NCBI GenBank assembly: GCA_050613775.1
Contig: JBODTK010000012.1
Span: 744,001 to 808,000, forward strand
DNA: 64,000 nt
Reading direction: 5' to 3'
Source: Neocallimastix sp. 'constans'
Taxonomy: Eukaryota
Made by a program: the position numbers and the translations under genes. The notes beneath the pieces are model-generated. The model saw nothing but the letters and a program-made list of their open reading frames with translations. It was not told where the DNA came from and did no database searches. How positions within the stretch are numbered: the stretch's first letter is position 1; every line of letters starts with the position of its first letter. Shown here one piece after another: positions 12,429 through 26,900 of the stretch.

Positions 12429-14467
12429 TATTAATAAAAATATATTTATATATATTATATATTATATATAATAAAAAAAAAAAAAAAAAAAAAACATTCA
12501 ATTGTAATTTAGGTGTGTGCATACTTCATAAAAATTACTTCAATTAGACTAATTCTTTAATTAAATATTTTATTGTGTAATTTCAATATAGAAAAAAAAA
12601 ATTTTTTTTTTTTTTTTTGGTTTCAGTATGCATCAAAAACTTGTTTCAAAAATTTAATCCCATGATTAAATGATAAATGATGAATTAATGTTTCAACTGC
12701 TATAAAAGTACTAATTTTTAAAAATTTTAATAAAAAAATGTTATGCATATTTTATGTTTTTAAATTTTTATTTATAATGTGCATGCAATTCCTATGGATA
12801 ATAACTGGCTTTGTACAGTATTATTTATATATAAAAAAATTATTAAAGATTTTAATAATTTAATAGCCATAACATAAGTAATATTTATTTTAAAAATAAA
12901 ATAAAATAAAAAAAAATTATATACAAAGATATATCTATTATAACACATATGTTAGGAGTCAGGAATTAATAGTATGTAATTATGTTAGGTTTTATATTTT
13001 ATGCTAAAAAGTTAACTAGTATTTAATTATTCTAAATTAAATGTTTTTTTATTAATACATTTTGGTTTATACATTAAATATTACATTACATTTTATTACA
13101 TTAATCTCTTATTCACGTATTTTAATAATAATTTTAATTTTTTTTTTTTTTATTTGAAATAGATTAATGATTTAAAATAGTAATATAATTTATATTTTTA
13201 TTAAATATATCTTTTTTATGAATTATAAAGAGTATTAAAAAACATTTTTAATAAAGTTAAAAATAAAAAATATTAATAATTAAATTTTCAGAAACATTTT
13301 GTTTTAAATTTTATTTTTTCAAAGTTGAAAAATATACAAAATAAAATTGCAATTACGAAAAATTTAATTTAAATATTTAATATTTATACTTTTTTTTTTT
13401 TTTTTTTTAATACATTAATTAAAAAAAAAATTCCATTTTTTACCTATTTTAAATGATTATTATATAAACATAATATTTAATTTCAAATGTATCCAATAAT
13501 CCAATATATAAAATGTATCCTACTATAATAGTTAGAAATGATCAATATATTTTACTGTAATTGTAATTTAAAATTATTAATTATAAAATTTTTATAGTAG
13601 CAAAATATAAATTTTTAGTATATATATAATATTTTTATTACAATAATGGCGAAAAAATATTACTTAAAAATGTTAAAAATAAAAAGCCAAAAATAAAAGT
13701 TTTTATATTTTTAGATAGTATTTTTTATTTTAATACTTTACTATTTTATACTATTTCACTTTTTGTTTTATTTTTATTAATATTTTATTCTTTTCTACTG
13801 CTTCACTATTCATTTTATTTTTATTATTGCCTCACTATTTATTATATTTTATTTTATTTTATTTAATAACAAATAGATATATGCCTTTAACCAATAACAA
13901 TGATTGATTACTTAATTGTTTTGTTGAATTCTCTGATGATTTGAAGAAAACTTAATAAAATAATATCTCTACTCAATATATTATATTTTTTTTTTCTTTT
14001 TATAGCCGTAATTTATCTTCAAGGACTGCTTGCTTGACATCAGACATGATTCCCAAGATATCAACCTCTGCAACCTGGCGAATTTGAATCTATTCTTTTC
14101 TGGAAGTATTTGTAGTTTGGAAGTGTTACTTTACGCGGATTTCTAGCATCATTGGGTACAACTCCAGTATTACTATATATCCAGTTTAAAGCAATAGAAA
14201 ACATCAGGTTCACTTTCAATAGTCTTCCTATCTTCCTAATTTTTCTCTCTTCGTACTAGAAGCCACTTAAGAAAGAAAGAAAAAAACATCGCTTATCATC
14301 AAAATTGTAGAAAACTATAATTACTACACTCGATATAGACTATTCCTTTTCCATCAACCCTCAATGAACCTAGAATAACATTACTGATGGATAACAATTT
14401 AAAAGGGGAGAAACAAAAGGCAGAAAAATAAAAACATCCATTTAAATAAATATTTAATAAGGTGTAA

Positions 14468-14506
<39 letters not shown>

Positions 14507-14610
14507 TAATAATAAAGATATAGTAAACATTCATTAAGGCATAAATTATATCGAAAAATAATATTATATATTATTTTTAATATTTATTACCTTTTAAAAG
14601 GTTGAGACAT

Positions 14611-14664
<54 letters not shown>

Positions 14665-14751
14665 AATTATATATTATATATAATTAACCTCAAACTAATC
14701 TTTAATTAACATAATTTATTTGTTATAAAAAAAATTTTTTTTTTTTTTTTA

Positions 14752-14782
<31 letters not shown>

Positions 14783-14845
14783 TGTTTAAATTGAAAAGTT
14801 ATTTACAATTGAATTATTTACAATTGAATTATTACTAAATTTTTA

Positions 14846-14890
<45 letters not shown>

Positions 14891-15157
14891 TTTAATATTA
14901 ATATTAATGGTATATATATATATATATTATATTATAAAGAATATAATAGTTACTATAATAACTTTTTTCTTTTTTTTTTTTTTATTATTTTTTATAAATT
15001 AATAAAATAGATAGATGGATGGAAGATAGATTGATAAATATAAAACTAATTAATGACAATTAAATTTCTATTATGAAAATAGTTATAAATATAAATATAA
15101 AAAAAAAAAAAAAAAAAAAAAAAAGATTGATTTTTTTTTTTTTTTTTTTTTTTTAAG

Positions 15158-18028
15158 TTAGAATTTATGAAATTCAATTAATCTTTTAATTTTATTATGA
15201 ATACTGATACTATTATTATTGTTGAGATCATAACATTCCCTACAAAGTTCATATATTGTTTTACCATTACAATCTACATTGAAAATATTGGCACCATGCT
15301 CAATTAAATAGTTTACGATGATACGTTCATTATAGATAACGGCATAGGTTAATGGAATATTGCCTTGTTCATCACGAAGATTAACCTCCAGATGATTTTC
15401 AATTAAAATCTTAATGAGATCTAATCGATGCCAAGAAATAATTTCACTGATGAGGACACTCGTAAATTCATTTATTCTTTTATGAGCTATATATTCAAAA
15501 ATTTCCTTTTTACCATTATTATTAATGGCTTTCATAAATTCATAGAAGGGTTGAATTTGATTGAAATGAATTTCTACTCCACAATCGATTAAATATTTTG
15601 ATATTGCTACCTCTCCCTGAGAAACAGAGAGCATGAAAAGGGTCTGAATTTTACTTTCATTCTTACCTTCAATTTGGAAATTAATATCTGCTCCATGTTC
15701 CACTAATATTTTAACCATAGGAAGGTAACCTTTCCTTATGGCAAAAGCTAATGGAGTATAACCATAGTCATTAATAAAGTTTACTTCTGCTCCTTGAACC
15801 ATTAAATATTCAGCAATAGGTATCAGCTTTTCTTGAATAGCATAAATTAATGGGCTATTTCTACTGGAATCCACATAGTTGACATCGGCTCCTCTTTCCA
15901 CTAATTGTTTCATAATCTTCAATTTAAGATCCGGTGAGAAATGACTTAATTTTATGAGCGTTACAATAGAAATTTCACTTCTCCAATTTGGAAGATTAAA
16001 TTGTGTCAATGGATGGTTCAAAAGGATCTTGAATATTTCATGACTTTGAATAGCAATAGAAATATCTAAGGCTGAATTACCACGTAAATTTTTTGGAATA
16101 TCTTCATAATAATTAATTTCTACCCCTAAACTTAAGAGAAGGGAAAGGGTGGCAAGATCTTCCTTAAGAATAGCATAATGTAAAATATTGAAACCATTGG
16201 CATCTAATTCATTAATATCGGAATGTTGTAACAAAATTTTAAATATGTCATAGTGTTGTAAAAGATAGGCAAGAATTAGATAGGTGAATCCATAGTTTGG
16301 GTAATAGTCATGATTATTTTTATCAGATATGAGTTCATCTATATTATATTTTTTCATTACTCCATTTTCTTCTTCAACCTCTATTTCACTATTTAAATTA
16401 TCCTCATTTTCAAATACTGCTCGGACAACTTCCACTTTATTTTGAAGAATCATTTGTATGAAAAGAGGATAAGCATTTCCATCGTTCTCTCCATTAAATA
16501 ATATATTCTGTTGCAATAAATATTTAATTGCTTTGTAATTCTTATTTTTAATTGCTAAAGAAAGAAGCGGCTTACCCTCCTTAGTAATAATTTGACTATT
16601 AGCACCATAGTCTAATATGTATTTAAAGAGAATCATATTATCAGAATGGTAAGCTGTTAGTAAGGGGCATTCACCATTACGGTCTTTAGCATTAATATCA
16701 ATATGAGATTTTAGCTCTTCATTTTCTAACAAGTATTTTATTAAACTTAAATGATCAATTTTAATAATAATATTAATAATTAAGTTAATATAGCTTGGAT
16801 TTAACGTTTTAAGTAAACCAATATTTATGGTGGAATTTTCTACTTGAGGATCTTGTTCAAAGGAATAGTTTAATAAAGGTTCAATAAGCATTTGCATTAC
16901 CTTAATATGTTTAAGTCTTCTTTCTTCCACATAATACATACTGTGATAACGACTTGTTTCTCCCAAGATTGATTCATAATTAAGGGTCTTCCAATCAAAA
17001 TGAGAACTTTCCCTAATACGATTTAATAAAAGTTCCAATATATCCAATTGAATATTTTTACTTGCTTCAATGAGGGCATCTTCCATGTGAAGACGTTCTT
17101 CATCCAAGTAGGGATGATTCAAAATTTTTTGAACCAACTTGTAGTTATCATATCCCACACCTTTTTCTAAGAGTTCATAGTCCTCAATACGATCATTAAT
17201 GGATTCTTTTCCACTACTATCATAATCTAGAATCATGGTAACAGCATCATAATTTTCTCGTTCATCACAAATATCATAGACACTATCATCTATGATGATT
17301 TTATTTTTTTCATTATCAATCATTTGTTGAAGTTCCTTATTTGAGACAGTTTCTTGAAAGTGAGAGATCACCAATAGCTTGATGATAAAGTTATTATCAA
17401 ATACATAGTTCTTTAAAAGAATTTCCAATAACCCCTCATTAAAGTCTCTTTTCAGCATTTTATGCACTACTTCAGTATTAATATGTTTTATATGAAAACC
17501 GTTATTTAGAATATACTTTAAATTACGACGGTTTAAAAAATCACTATATCCACTCATATAATATAAGTAGTTAATGATATCAATATCATGATAGCCACGA
17601 CCATTAATGAGATAGTTAATATTAGCATTCTTTTTCAACAATAGATCAGCAATTTTAAATTTATTTAAAGCAATGGCTGTGAATAAAGGTATTTTATAAC
17701 CCTCATAATTAATATGTTTATCTATGACACTAACTAAAAAACTCTTATATTTTCCTGTATCATAGAAAGCATAGTTTAAAGTTTTATAGTGAGTTTCATT
17801 TAAGATATATTGTACTAAGTGAACAGAATTGGAATGTTCAATAGCATATATTAAGATATCAAAATCTTTATCGTTTAATTCATCCAAATCAACTTTTTTC
17901 TTTTTTATATAGATACCTAATTCTACAATATTATTGATTTTTTCAATAACATTATTTCTTTTCTGTTCCAAAGTTTCCGGTTCCTCGGGTTTATCTGTAG
18001 TAATTAATTCTGAATTATCATGATTCAT
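15158..18028 (-). CDS. Ankyrin-repeat protein, 956 aa, intronless
   Basis: Many ankyrin motifs, e.g. DINAKDRNGECPLLTA, DINELDANGFNILHYA, GADVNYVDSSRNSPLIYA, GYTPLAFAIRKGYLPMVKILVEHGADIN, GNIPLTYA. Confidence 0.93.
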   Translation of the reverse strand: MNHDNSELITTDKPEEPETLEQKRNNVIEKINNIVELGIYIKKKKVDLDELNDKDFDILIYAIEHSNSVHLVQYILNETHYKTLNYAFYDTGKYKSFLVSVIDKHINYEGYKIPLFTAIALNKFKIADLLLKKNANINYLINGRGYHDIDIINYLYYMSGYSDFLNRRNLKYILNNGFHIKHINTEVVHKMLKRDFNEGLLEILLKNYVFDNNFIIKLLVISHFQETVSNKELQQMIDNEKNKIIIDDSVYDICDERENYDAVTMILDYDSSGKESINDRIEDYELLEKGVGYDNYKLVQKILNHPYLDEERLHMEDALIEASKNIQLDILELLLNRIRESSHFDWKTLNYESILGETSRYHSMYYVEERRLKHIKVMQMLIEPLLNYSFEQDPQVENSTINIGLLKTLNPSYINLIINIIIKIDHLSLIKYLLENEELKSHIDINAKDRNGECPLLTAYHSDNMILFKYILDYGANSQIITKEGKPLLSLAIKNKNYKAIKYLLQQNILFNGENDGNAYPLFIQMILQNKVEVVRAVFENEDNLNSEIEVEEENGVMKKYNIDELISDKNNHDYYPNYGFTYLILAYLLQHYDIFKILLQHSDINELDANGFNILHYAILKEDLATLSLLLSLGVEINYYEDIPKNLRGNSALDISIAIQSHEIFKILLNHPLTQFNLPNWRSEISIVTLIKLSHFSPDLKLKIMKQLVERGADVNYVDSSRNSPLIYAIQEKLIPIAEYLMVQGAEVNFINDYGYTPLAFAIRKGYLPMVKILVEHGADINFQIEGKNESKIQTLFMLSVSQGEVAISKYLIDCGVEIHFNQIQPFYEFMKAINNNGKKEIFEYIAHKRINEFTSVLISEIISWHRLDLIKILIENHLEVNLRDEQGNIPLTYAVIYNERIIVNYLIEHGANIFNVDCNGKTIYELCRECYDLNNNNSISIHNKIKRLIEFHKF

Positions 18029-20648
18029 TTTTTTTTTTTTTTAATGTTTTATTTTTACTATTTGAAATTATTTATAATAATTTATAATTTAAAATTTTTA
18101 TTTTATTTTATTGTTTTTTTTCAAATTTTAATTCTTCTTATTTTTCAATATAATAGTTTATTTCACTGCTTAATAGTATATTATTATATAGAATAATATA
18201 AGTTAAATAATTGATTCTATTTGTAAAATGGAAATGTCTATTTTGATGTATATTACAACTTTCTTGTTTTATATTAGTTTATTCAATATTTAATAATTAT
18301 TTTATTGATTCAATAATATAATTATTTATTTATAAGTTTTTTTTTTTTCCAAAATAATATTAATTCTTATAATTAGTATTAAAAATGTTTATATGTTTAT
18401 TATTGTAATAAATATAACTGTGACTGATATAATAAAATAGTGAGTTTTTTTTTTTTTTTTTTATAAAATTTTTTTCTTTTTATATATTAAAAAAAAAATG
18501 AAATAGGAGAAAACAAAAAAAAAAAAAATTTACTGCTATTTTTCCCGAGTGCCACTAAACTTTATAGGTAAAATACACGAATCAATATTTATTTAGATCA
18601 TAATAATTCATTCATTTAATTTTATTTAATAATAGTTTTATTATTATTATTATTATTATCTATTAAATTTCATTTCGGACCTTTTTTCGATTTTAAGAAA
18701 ATAGAGTTTGATAAAACCTAAAAATAATAATAATAATAATAATAATAATACTAAATAAATGGATAAATTAAAAATATTTAAATAATTTATTATATAATTA
18801 AATAATATATTTATATATTTATAAATACATTATTAATTTATTTACCATAAACCTAACATCAAATATAATAAAAATATATAAAATTCGTGTATTTCCATTG
18901 GCTACTATACGGATATAAGAAATATAAAAATTTTTAATATATTAATGTATACATCTATTAAGTAAATAAATTATCACTTTGATTTTCCAATTATTTATTT
19001 GTTTTGTTATATATTTATTCATTTATATTTTTATTTTTAATAATTTTATAAATAATTAAGTATTGAAATGTAATTTAATATCAAATGTTATATGATAATT
19101 TTATATTTTATATTGTATTTTAAATTATTAATAATGAATAATTAGTAAATAATAAATTAGTATTATTAAAATTTTTAAATAATAAACAAAATAAATAAAT
19201 AAAAATTATTAAATATTAAGTATCTAATATTTAATAATAAAATAATTAAATAAATAATAATTAAGATAACAATAAAATATAAGTAGTTGATAATATTAAA
19301 TAATTAAATAAGAAAAAAATTATAAACAAAAATAAATAATAAATTATAAATAATAGATATCATAACCCTTTGATGATTGATAAAAAAATATAATTGGTTA
19401 TAAAAAAAAAAGTATTTGATCTATTTTATTTTTATTGCTCATATATAGAAAAATCTATGGATATCATATGCTTAATACATATTTTTATGTAATATTATAA
19501 TTTAATTATTTGAATTTAATAAAAATAAATTCTATAAAAGCTAAATAACAAAATAATTGTAAAAACTAATAAACAATTTAGAATAAGATATATAAATACT
19601 ATATTTCTGGTGATTAGAAAACTTTTAAAATGTCATAAATTATAATTAATTGAACCAGGTTATATTTGATAGTGGTTTTGTACTAGTTTAATATTGTTTT
19701 CGCATCGGAAATAAAAAAAAAAAATAAAAATAATAATAATAAATTTTAATTATAAATATTTTATTATTAATTTTTTTTCATATTACTAATAATGTGTTTT
19801 CAAAGAAAATTATTGATTATAGAAAATATTTTTTGGTAGAATATAATATATATTTAAATATATATTATATAAATGTTGCATTTACCAAAATCATTTGGAA
19901 TTGCTAATTTCAATATTTATTAGCTAAGGACCAACTAGATAGCATAATAATTGTAACGAACATATGTAACTTATCAAACTATACACAGAGCTGATATATT
20001 GATATAAGTTTAATAACATATGTATGTTCACAGTATTGTTTGATACATATAATAAAATATAATAAAATTATAAAATTATAATTAATATTTTTATTATTTA
20101 TTTATTACAGCCCATTACTATTATTAAAATGTTTTATAGTAATCATTATTATTAAAGAAATATTATTAATATTCAATTTTTTTTTTTTTTATTTTTTTTA
20201 AATATTTATAAAATTTATTATTTAATTAGCAATTTTTTTTATAATAATTATATAATGCTTAAATAAATATAATATATATATGTATAGTTTCATATCTATA
20301 TATAATATCTATTTAAATATTTTTATGATTTATTTGTTTCTGTCCATTACTATTAAAATTTTTTATAATAATCATTTGTTATTATTATTCAATTTTTTTT
20401 TTTAAATATTTATAAAATTTATTATTTAATTAGTTTATTTAAGCATAAAATGATTATTATAAAAAAAATGCTAATAATAAATTTTAAAAATATTTTTTAA
20501 AAAAAAAAAAATTTTAATAATATTTCTTTAATAATAATGATTATTATAAAAATTATTAGTTTATTTTAGCAAAATATAATTATAAAAAAAATTGCTTATA
20601 TGAAAAAAAATTATATATACATATATAATTTCATATCTATAGAATATC

Positions 20649-21203
20649 AATATTTTTATCTAAATAAACTATCATGAAAAAAAATTATAGATATATATAG
20701 TTTCATATCTATAGAATATCTATATAAATATTTTTATATAAAAAAAATTTGTTGACTTTAGCTAATTATATTAAATAGTATGATAAATATAAAATAATAG
20801 AAATTATAGTTATTTGAAATAATTATTGTGATATTTATATATAAGGAATTATTATGTAATTATTCCAATATATTTTTTAATTGATGACATATTAGATCAA
20901 TTTATTTATAAACTTACTTTAAAGAATATTTTTATCTAAATAAACTATCATAAAAAAAAATTATAGATATATATAGTTTCATATCTATAGAATATCTATA
21001 TAAATATTTTTATATAAAAAAAATTTGTTGACTTTAGCTAATTATATTAAATAGTATGATAAATATAAAATAATAGAAATTATAGTTATTTGAAATAATT
21101 ATTGTGATATTTATATATAAGGAATTATTATGTAATTATTCCAATATATTTTTTAATTGATGACATATTAGATCAATTTATTTATAAACTTACTTTAAAG
21201 AAT
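20649..21203. repeat. Near-perfect tandem duplication, period 276 bp
   Basis: AATATTTTTATCTAAATAAACTATCA...GTTGACTTTAGC...GATGACATATTAGATC...AAACTTACTTTAAAG starts at 20649 and again at 20925. Confidence 0.9.
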
Positions 21204-21281
21204 TTTCTTTAAAAAATAAAAATAATTATGGTAATAATAAAATAAACAACAAATAAGCAAAAAGATAAACTAAAGCGATAA

Positions 21282-21320
<39 letters not shown>

Positions 21321-21970
21321 AAAGATAAGAATGATAAAAAAAAAAGAGTAAAAACAGATAGGATAAAATAAAAATACTGATTTGGAAAAAATAAAATAAT
21401 AACTGAATAAATAAAATTTTAAAACTTTATTTATATTTAATATTGGCTTTGTTATTATGTTTGTTTTATGTTTAAACAAATCCAAGTTTATTCATATCAA
21501 CTATTAATTAAATCAATATTTTTTATTTATATTTATAGGGGCTATTAATTATAATAATATGTAATAATAATAATAATAATATGTAATAATTAAATATTAA
21601 TAAATAATTAATAACAATAAAATAAATAATATTTATATAAACGGTAATAATACTTTTATACTAATAATTACAATAAAAAAATAAATATTTATATAAGCAA
21701 TAACAATACTTTATAAACCTCAAATTAAATAATTATCAATAATATCATAAATTTTTTATATTAAATAATTATTGATATCAGTAATAGACATCAAATTAAA
21801 TAATAATAAACATCAGGTCATAAACTTCAAATTTAAAATTTATTGATATCTGTCATATCACGACCATATTAAATAATTATTAATAACAATATAATATTAA
21901 TGTCAATATGGCTGTTACTAACTTTTAAATTGCTAAAACTAATGAATAGTTTTTGTATTTATAAATTTAA

Positions 21971-22039
<69 letters not shown>

Positions 22040-23243
22040 GACTATCAATAAATAATTATTGTATTAACTATTTTAAACTTTTATTAAATTTCTTAGTAAA
22101 GGTTTTTTATTTATTTAAATATGTATATATTTATTAATTTATTATTATATTATTATTATTATTTAATTTTCTTATGTCTTTTTTTTTTAAGTTTATTAGG
22201 AATAATTTGTTGTAAATATGACCTATAAATATATATAAATAGACATATATAGTCATTAAAAATAGCCTATTGCATGTTATTCCATATGCAATATATACTA
22301 TTTGTTTTTAAAGTATTATTAAATTAAATAAATTTATAAAAAAAATTATTTATTTATTTATATACTTTTTGATTTTTATTCTTATTTATTTTTATTCTTA
22401 TATATACATATATATATTTTATTATTATAAATGAAATTGGGCAGAACAATATAATTTAAGTCTTTTATAGAAAATCAGCTGGTACCACTGTAACTGTAAA
22501 GTAATAATTTGATATGAATCACGTTTTATATTTTTTATTTTTTTTTTAAATTATATTATAATATATTATATTATTTATTTATTTATATTTGTTTTTATTA
22601 GAATGTTTTAATTTTTTTTTTTTTTTTTTTTTGTAACAATAAAATAAAAAATCAAAGTCACTCATGAAATACAAATAATTAAAATTACATTAATAAATAA
22701 TTAAAAAATTAAAATAATAATTAAAATAATATATAAAATAATATAATAAAAATAAAAATAAATTTTTAGAAAGTGATTTATTTCCATTTCTTCTTTTTTT
22801 TTTTTTCTTTTTTTTTAATCAATATATATATCCATAAATATAAAATATGAATAATATTAAATATATAAAAAAAAGACATGAAAAAAATAAATATAGATTA
22901 AAATAGATCTACTAGATCTTAAATTTTGAAAAATAAAAATATACCATAAGATAAAGATAAAAATAAGTTTTTAAGTAAATATAAAAAAGTAATTAAATAT
23001 GTTTTTTTTTTTAACAGATATTTTAATTAATTAATTAGTAGAAATTAATTTGTTCATTAAATTAAATTAATTATTACGACATATATTTATCATATATTAA
23101 AATTAATTAAAATTTTATTTCTATTTATATAAATTATTTATCATATTTTCATATTAAAAAAAAAAAAAAAAAAACAATTTTTGGTTTGATATTTTGTTTT
23201 TATATAAATTATATATTTGTATATTTATATTTTATAATATATC

Positions 23244-23274
<31 letters not shown>

Positions 23275-23869
23275 GATTAATAATAATTAAGTAATTAAAT
23301 AATTAATATTTAATTATATCACTAATTAATAATTAATAATTAATAATTAATAATAAATAATTAATAATAAATCATATTTAATAAAAAACAATTTTTTTTT
23401 TACCAAAAAAGTTTAATTAAAAAAGAAAATAAAAAAAAAAAAAATAAAATAAAAAAAAAATAAAAATTTTTTAATTTAACTTTTTCTATTTAAAACTAAT
23501 CATCTTATTAAAATACTATAAATATCCTTTTTTTACTATAATTATAAATAAACAATAATCAGTCTTTTTTTTTTTTTTTAATTTTTATTTTTTTTTTATA
23601 TTATATATATATGTACATATATATATATTTTTTAATTTTTTAATTTTTTTTTCATCCTATAGATTTGTATTTGTAAAATTTTATTTTTTTTTTTATATTG
23701 TCATTGAATTAAATATTTATATATTAATTATCGTACGTATATAAGAAATCCATTTTAATATTATTTTTTAAATGGTTAAAAAATATGATATTGATATTTA
23801 ATTAATAGGAGAAAAAGAAAAAAATAAAGTTATTTATATATATATAAACAAGATACTAAGCAAAACAAG

Positions 23870-23901
<32 letters not shown>

Positions 23902-23903
<2 letters not shown>

Positions 23904-26900
23904 GGGTATAGGAAGAAAAAATATAAGTAAAATAAAATATTTTATTAGAAGAAAAAATTTATATGAACTAAAAGAATATATTGACAATAATAATATTGTA
24001 TTGAGATTATTAGAAAACAGCTGTACAAAAAATAAAGTTAATTTTTTAAAATTTTCAATTGAAAATGATACCTCCGTTAAAATAATAGATTATATTATAA
24101 GAGAATGTCAATATGAGACCTTAAATTCTCATTTTAATGAATATGGATTACCACTACTTATAGCAATTAAGCATAATAATTATAAAATAGCTGATTTTCT
24201 AATAGAAAATGGAGCAAATGTTAATTTTGATAAAGGTTACATTATAAAAGAGCTTTTGTCTCAAAGTAAAAATGATAAGGGCAGTGATTATAAAGGTATC
24301 CTTTATGTGTTATGTAGAGGATTTCACTTTAAACTCCTATCCGATAATATAAATAGTTTAATAAAAGTAAATGATATACAAACTTTGGAATTTATATTAA
24401 AATGTACATCCAGTGATATAAATTTCATATTAGATTTTATTGAGAAGAATCAAGTTGAATTACCGCTTTCACTTCAAGAATTGAAAGACATTTTTAATAG
24501 TATGACACCGGATAAATTAGAGATTAAAGATGACATGTATGAAACGGCCATTGAATTTAAAAATTTTGAAGCTATAATACTTTTATATCACTATGATAAA
24601 AGGGAATCCAATGAATTTTTGAAATATATATTTAATCTATTTGAAAAATACGATACTAACAATAATACCAACACAAAAGCAGAATTTATTCAATATAGTA
24701 TTGAAAATGGACAATGCAGATTCCCCTATGATATAAAAATTTTTGAAAATATCGTCAATATAAAAAGTTTAAAAGAAGATTTAAAAGAAATTATTCAAAA
24801 GCGAGATTTAGGTGAACTACGGAACTTTATCCAAGAAAAAAATATTGATTTTGAATCCTTTCAAAGTGACGATTTTGATATATTGATGTATGTGATGGAG
24901 ATGAAAAATTATCCAAAAGATATTTTAAAATTTATTATCGAGCGATATCATAATCTTAATTATTCCATCAATGTAAAGGAAGATTCTAAAGTGATTAGAA
25001 AATCGCCATTGGTAATGGCCATTCAACAAGAAAATTTTGAAATAGCGGATGAATTACTCACAAAGGAAGGCATAAGTCTAAACTATTTCTATGAAGACTA
25101 TTTTCAAGATGATTTTATCAGAAAGGCTGTCAATGTTGTATCTAATCAAGACCCGAAGACTATCCTAAACTATATTAAGAACAATAATCATGGCTTAATA
25201 AATATACTGGATTATTTTTATGAGTATCGTTTTCTTAATAAAAAGATATTGAATTATATGCTTGATCGTGGTATTACTATTACTAAAAATTTAATTTGTC
25301 GATTATTATATGATAAATCATACAAGTTATTAAGCTATATTTTAAGGAATTACATATACAGTAATGATTTCATATTAAATTTACTTTCCTACTCTAAAAA
25401 TAGGACTTCTCTCTCCAATAAAAATTTAAATAAATTAATTCGACAGGAAAATAATAAAATTAAATTTAATGACAGTTTCTATAAGATTGTGTTTTATAAA
25501 TCAAAATTTGCAGGATTAAATATTTTAGTACGGTATGATCCACGAAGAGATACGATGATCTTGAATGATATTTTCAAATATGTGAATTCTAATGATCAGT
25601 TATATATGCGGGAAGAAAAAATTAATGCCCTCGTACGAAAAGTTCAATCGAAGAAAATTCTCTTAAAACCTGGCATGGATAAATACTTTTTTGATAATAT
25701 TATTAATATCCATGATAAGAGAGAAAGAATCATGAAAATGATTCAAGATAATGATCTTCAAGGCTTAAAAAGTTATATCATGACGAATAATATTATTTTG
25801 ACGAGTATTAATGATAAAAATAATGACATATTAATCTATGCGTTGAAGTGTAATGCCTCTCTTTCCATCGTTAAATATATCATTCAGCACTATTCTACCT
25901 TGAACTATTCGTACAATGAAAGTGATCCACTGTTACAATGGATGAAATTTATTAGTAAGAAAAATCTTTTACATTTAGATCAAGCCCTCTATGATGAGGA
26001 AGACAGTAGCCGTAAAATCATTTCAAATCCGCTGATGTATGCCCTTAGTCAAAACAATTTTAAGGTGGCCAATTTACTAATAAAATATGGCGCTAATGTG
26101 AACTATACCATTCATTTTAAGGAATTGTCGCATTCGCTCTACAGTCATAATTACCTTAACACTAAAAATTTAATCTACATCCTCAACCATGGAATAACGA
26201 TGGTTTCTGCCAACTTTATTAATGACATCATTAAAGATAATGATGATTCCATTCTAAATTTACTCTATAAGGTATTGACGTATGATGATACCTTCATTGT
26301 TAAATTACTTCATCTGTATAAGGGGAAGGTTGCCTTATCCAATCAACAATTGGATAATATAATTGTTCAAGAAAAATATAAATTAGAAATTCATCTGTCC
26401 ATGTTTAAAAATGCCTATGAAAGCATGAACTTTGATGTGCTACAAGTTCTTCTGGACATAAATAATGATAACTTTAAAAAAATATACTGTAATCAACATG
26501 ACCGTAACAGCATAAGGAATAAAAAGAGTAAAAGTAGTAGTAGTAAGGATCATGAGGATCTCTCCTCCCATTGCACAACCTATTCCAAAAGGTTAATGAA
26601 CTATTTAACCAATAAAAATTATTACAATACCAATACGAATCCTAAGAAAGTTTATGAGAACAAGGATATTCTGGAATATTTAAAGAGTCTCAACTCCACC
26701 CAAAACATTAACTATCTGAAATATGGGGAAGAAATCTTGAATCTCATAAGAAATGGTAAATTATCGTTTATAAAGGTTTTAGTGGCCAATGGTCTAAATA
26801 TCTATCATTCCCATTTCAAGAGACAACCACTTCTACTGGCGATAAGAACAGGAAATATTGAAGTAATAAAATATGTCATGGGAGGATGCAATAATACCAA

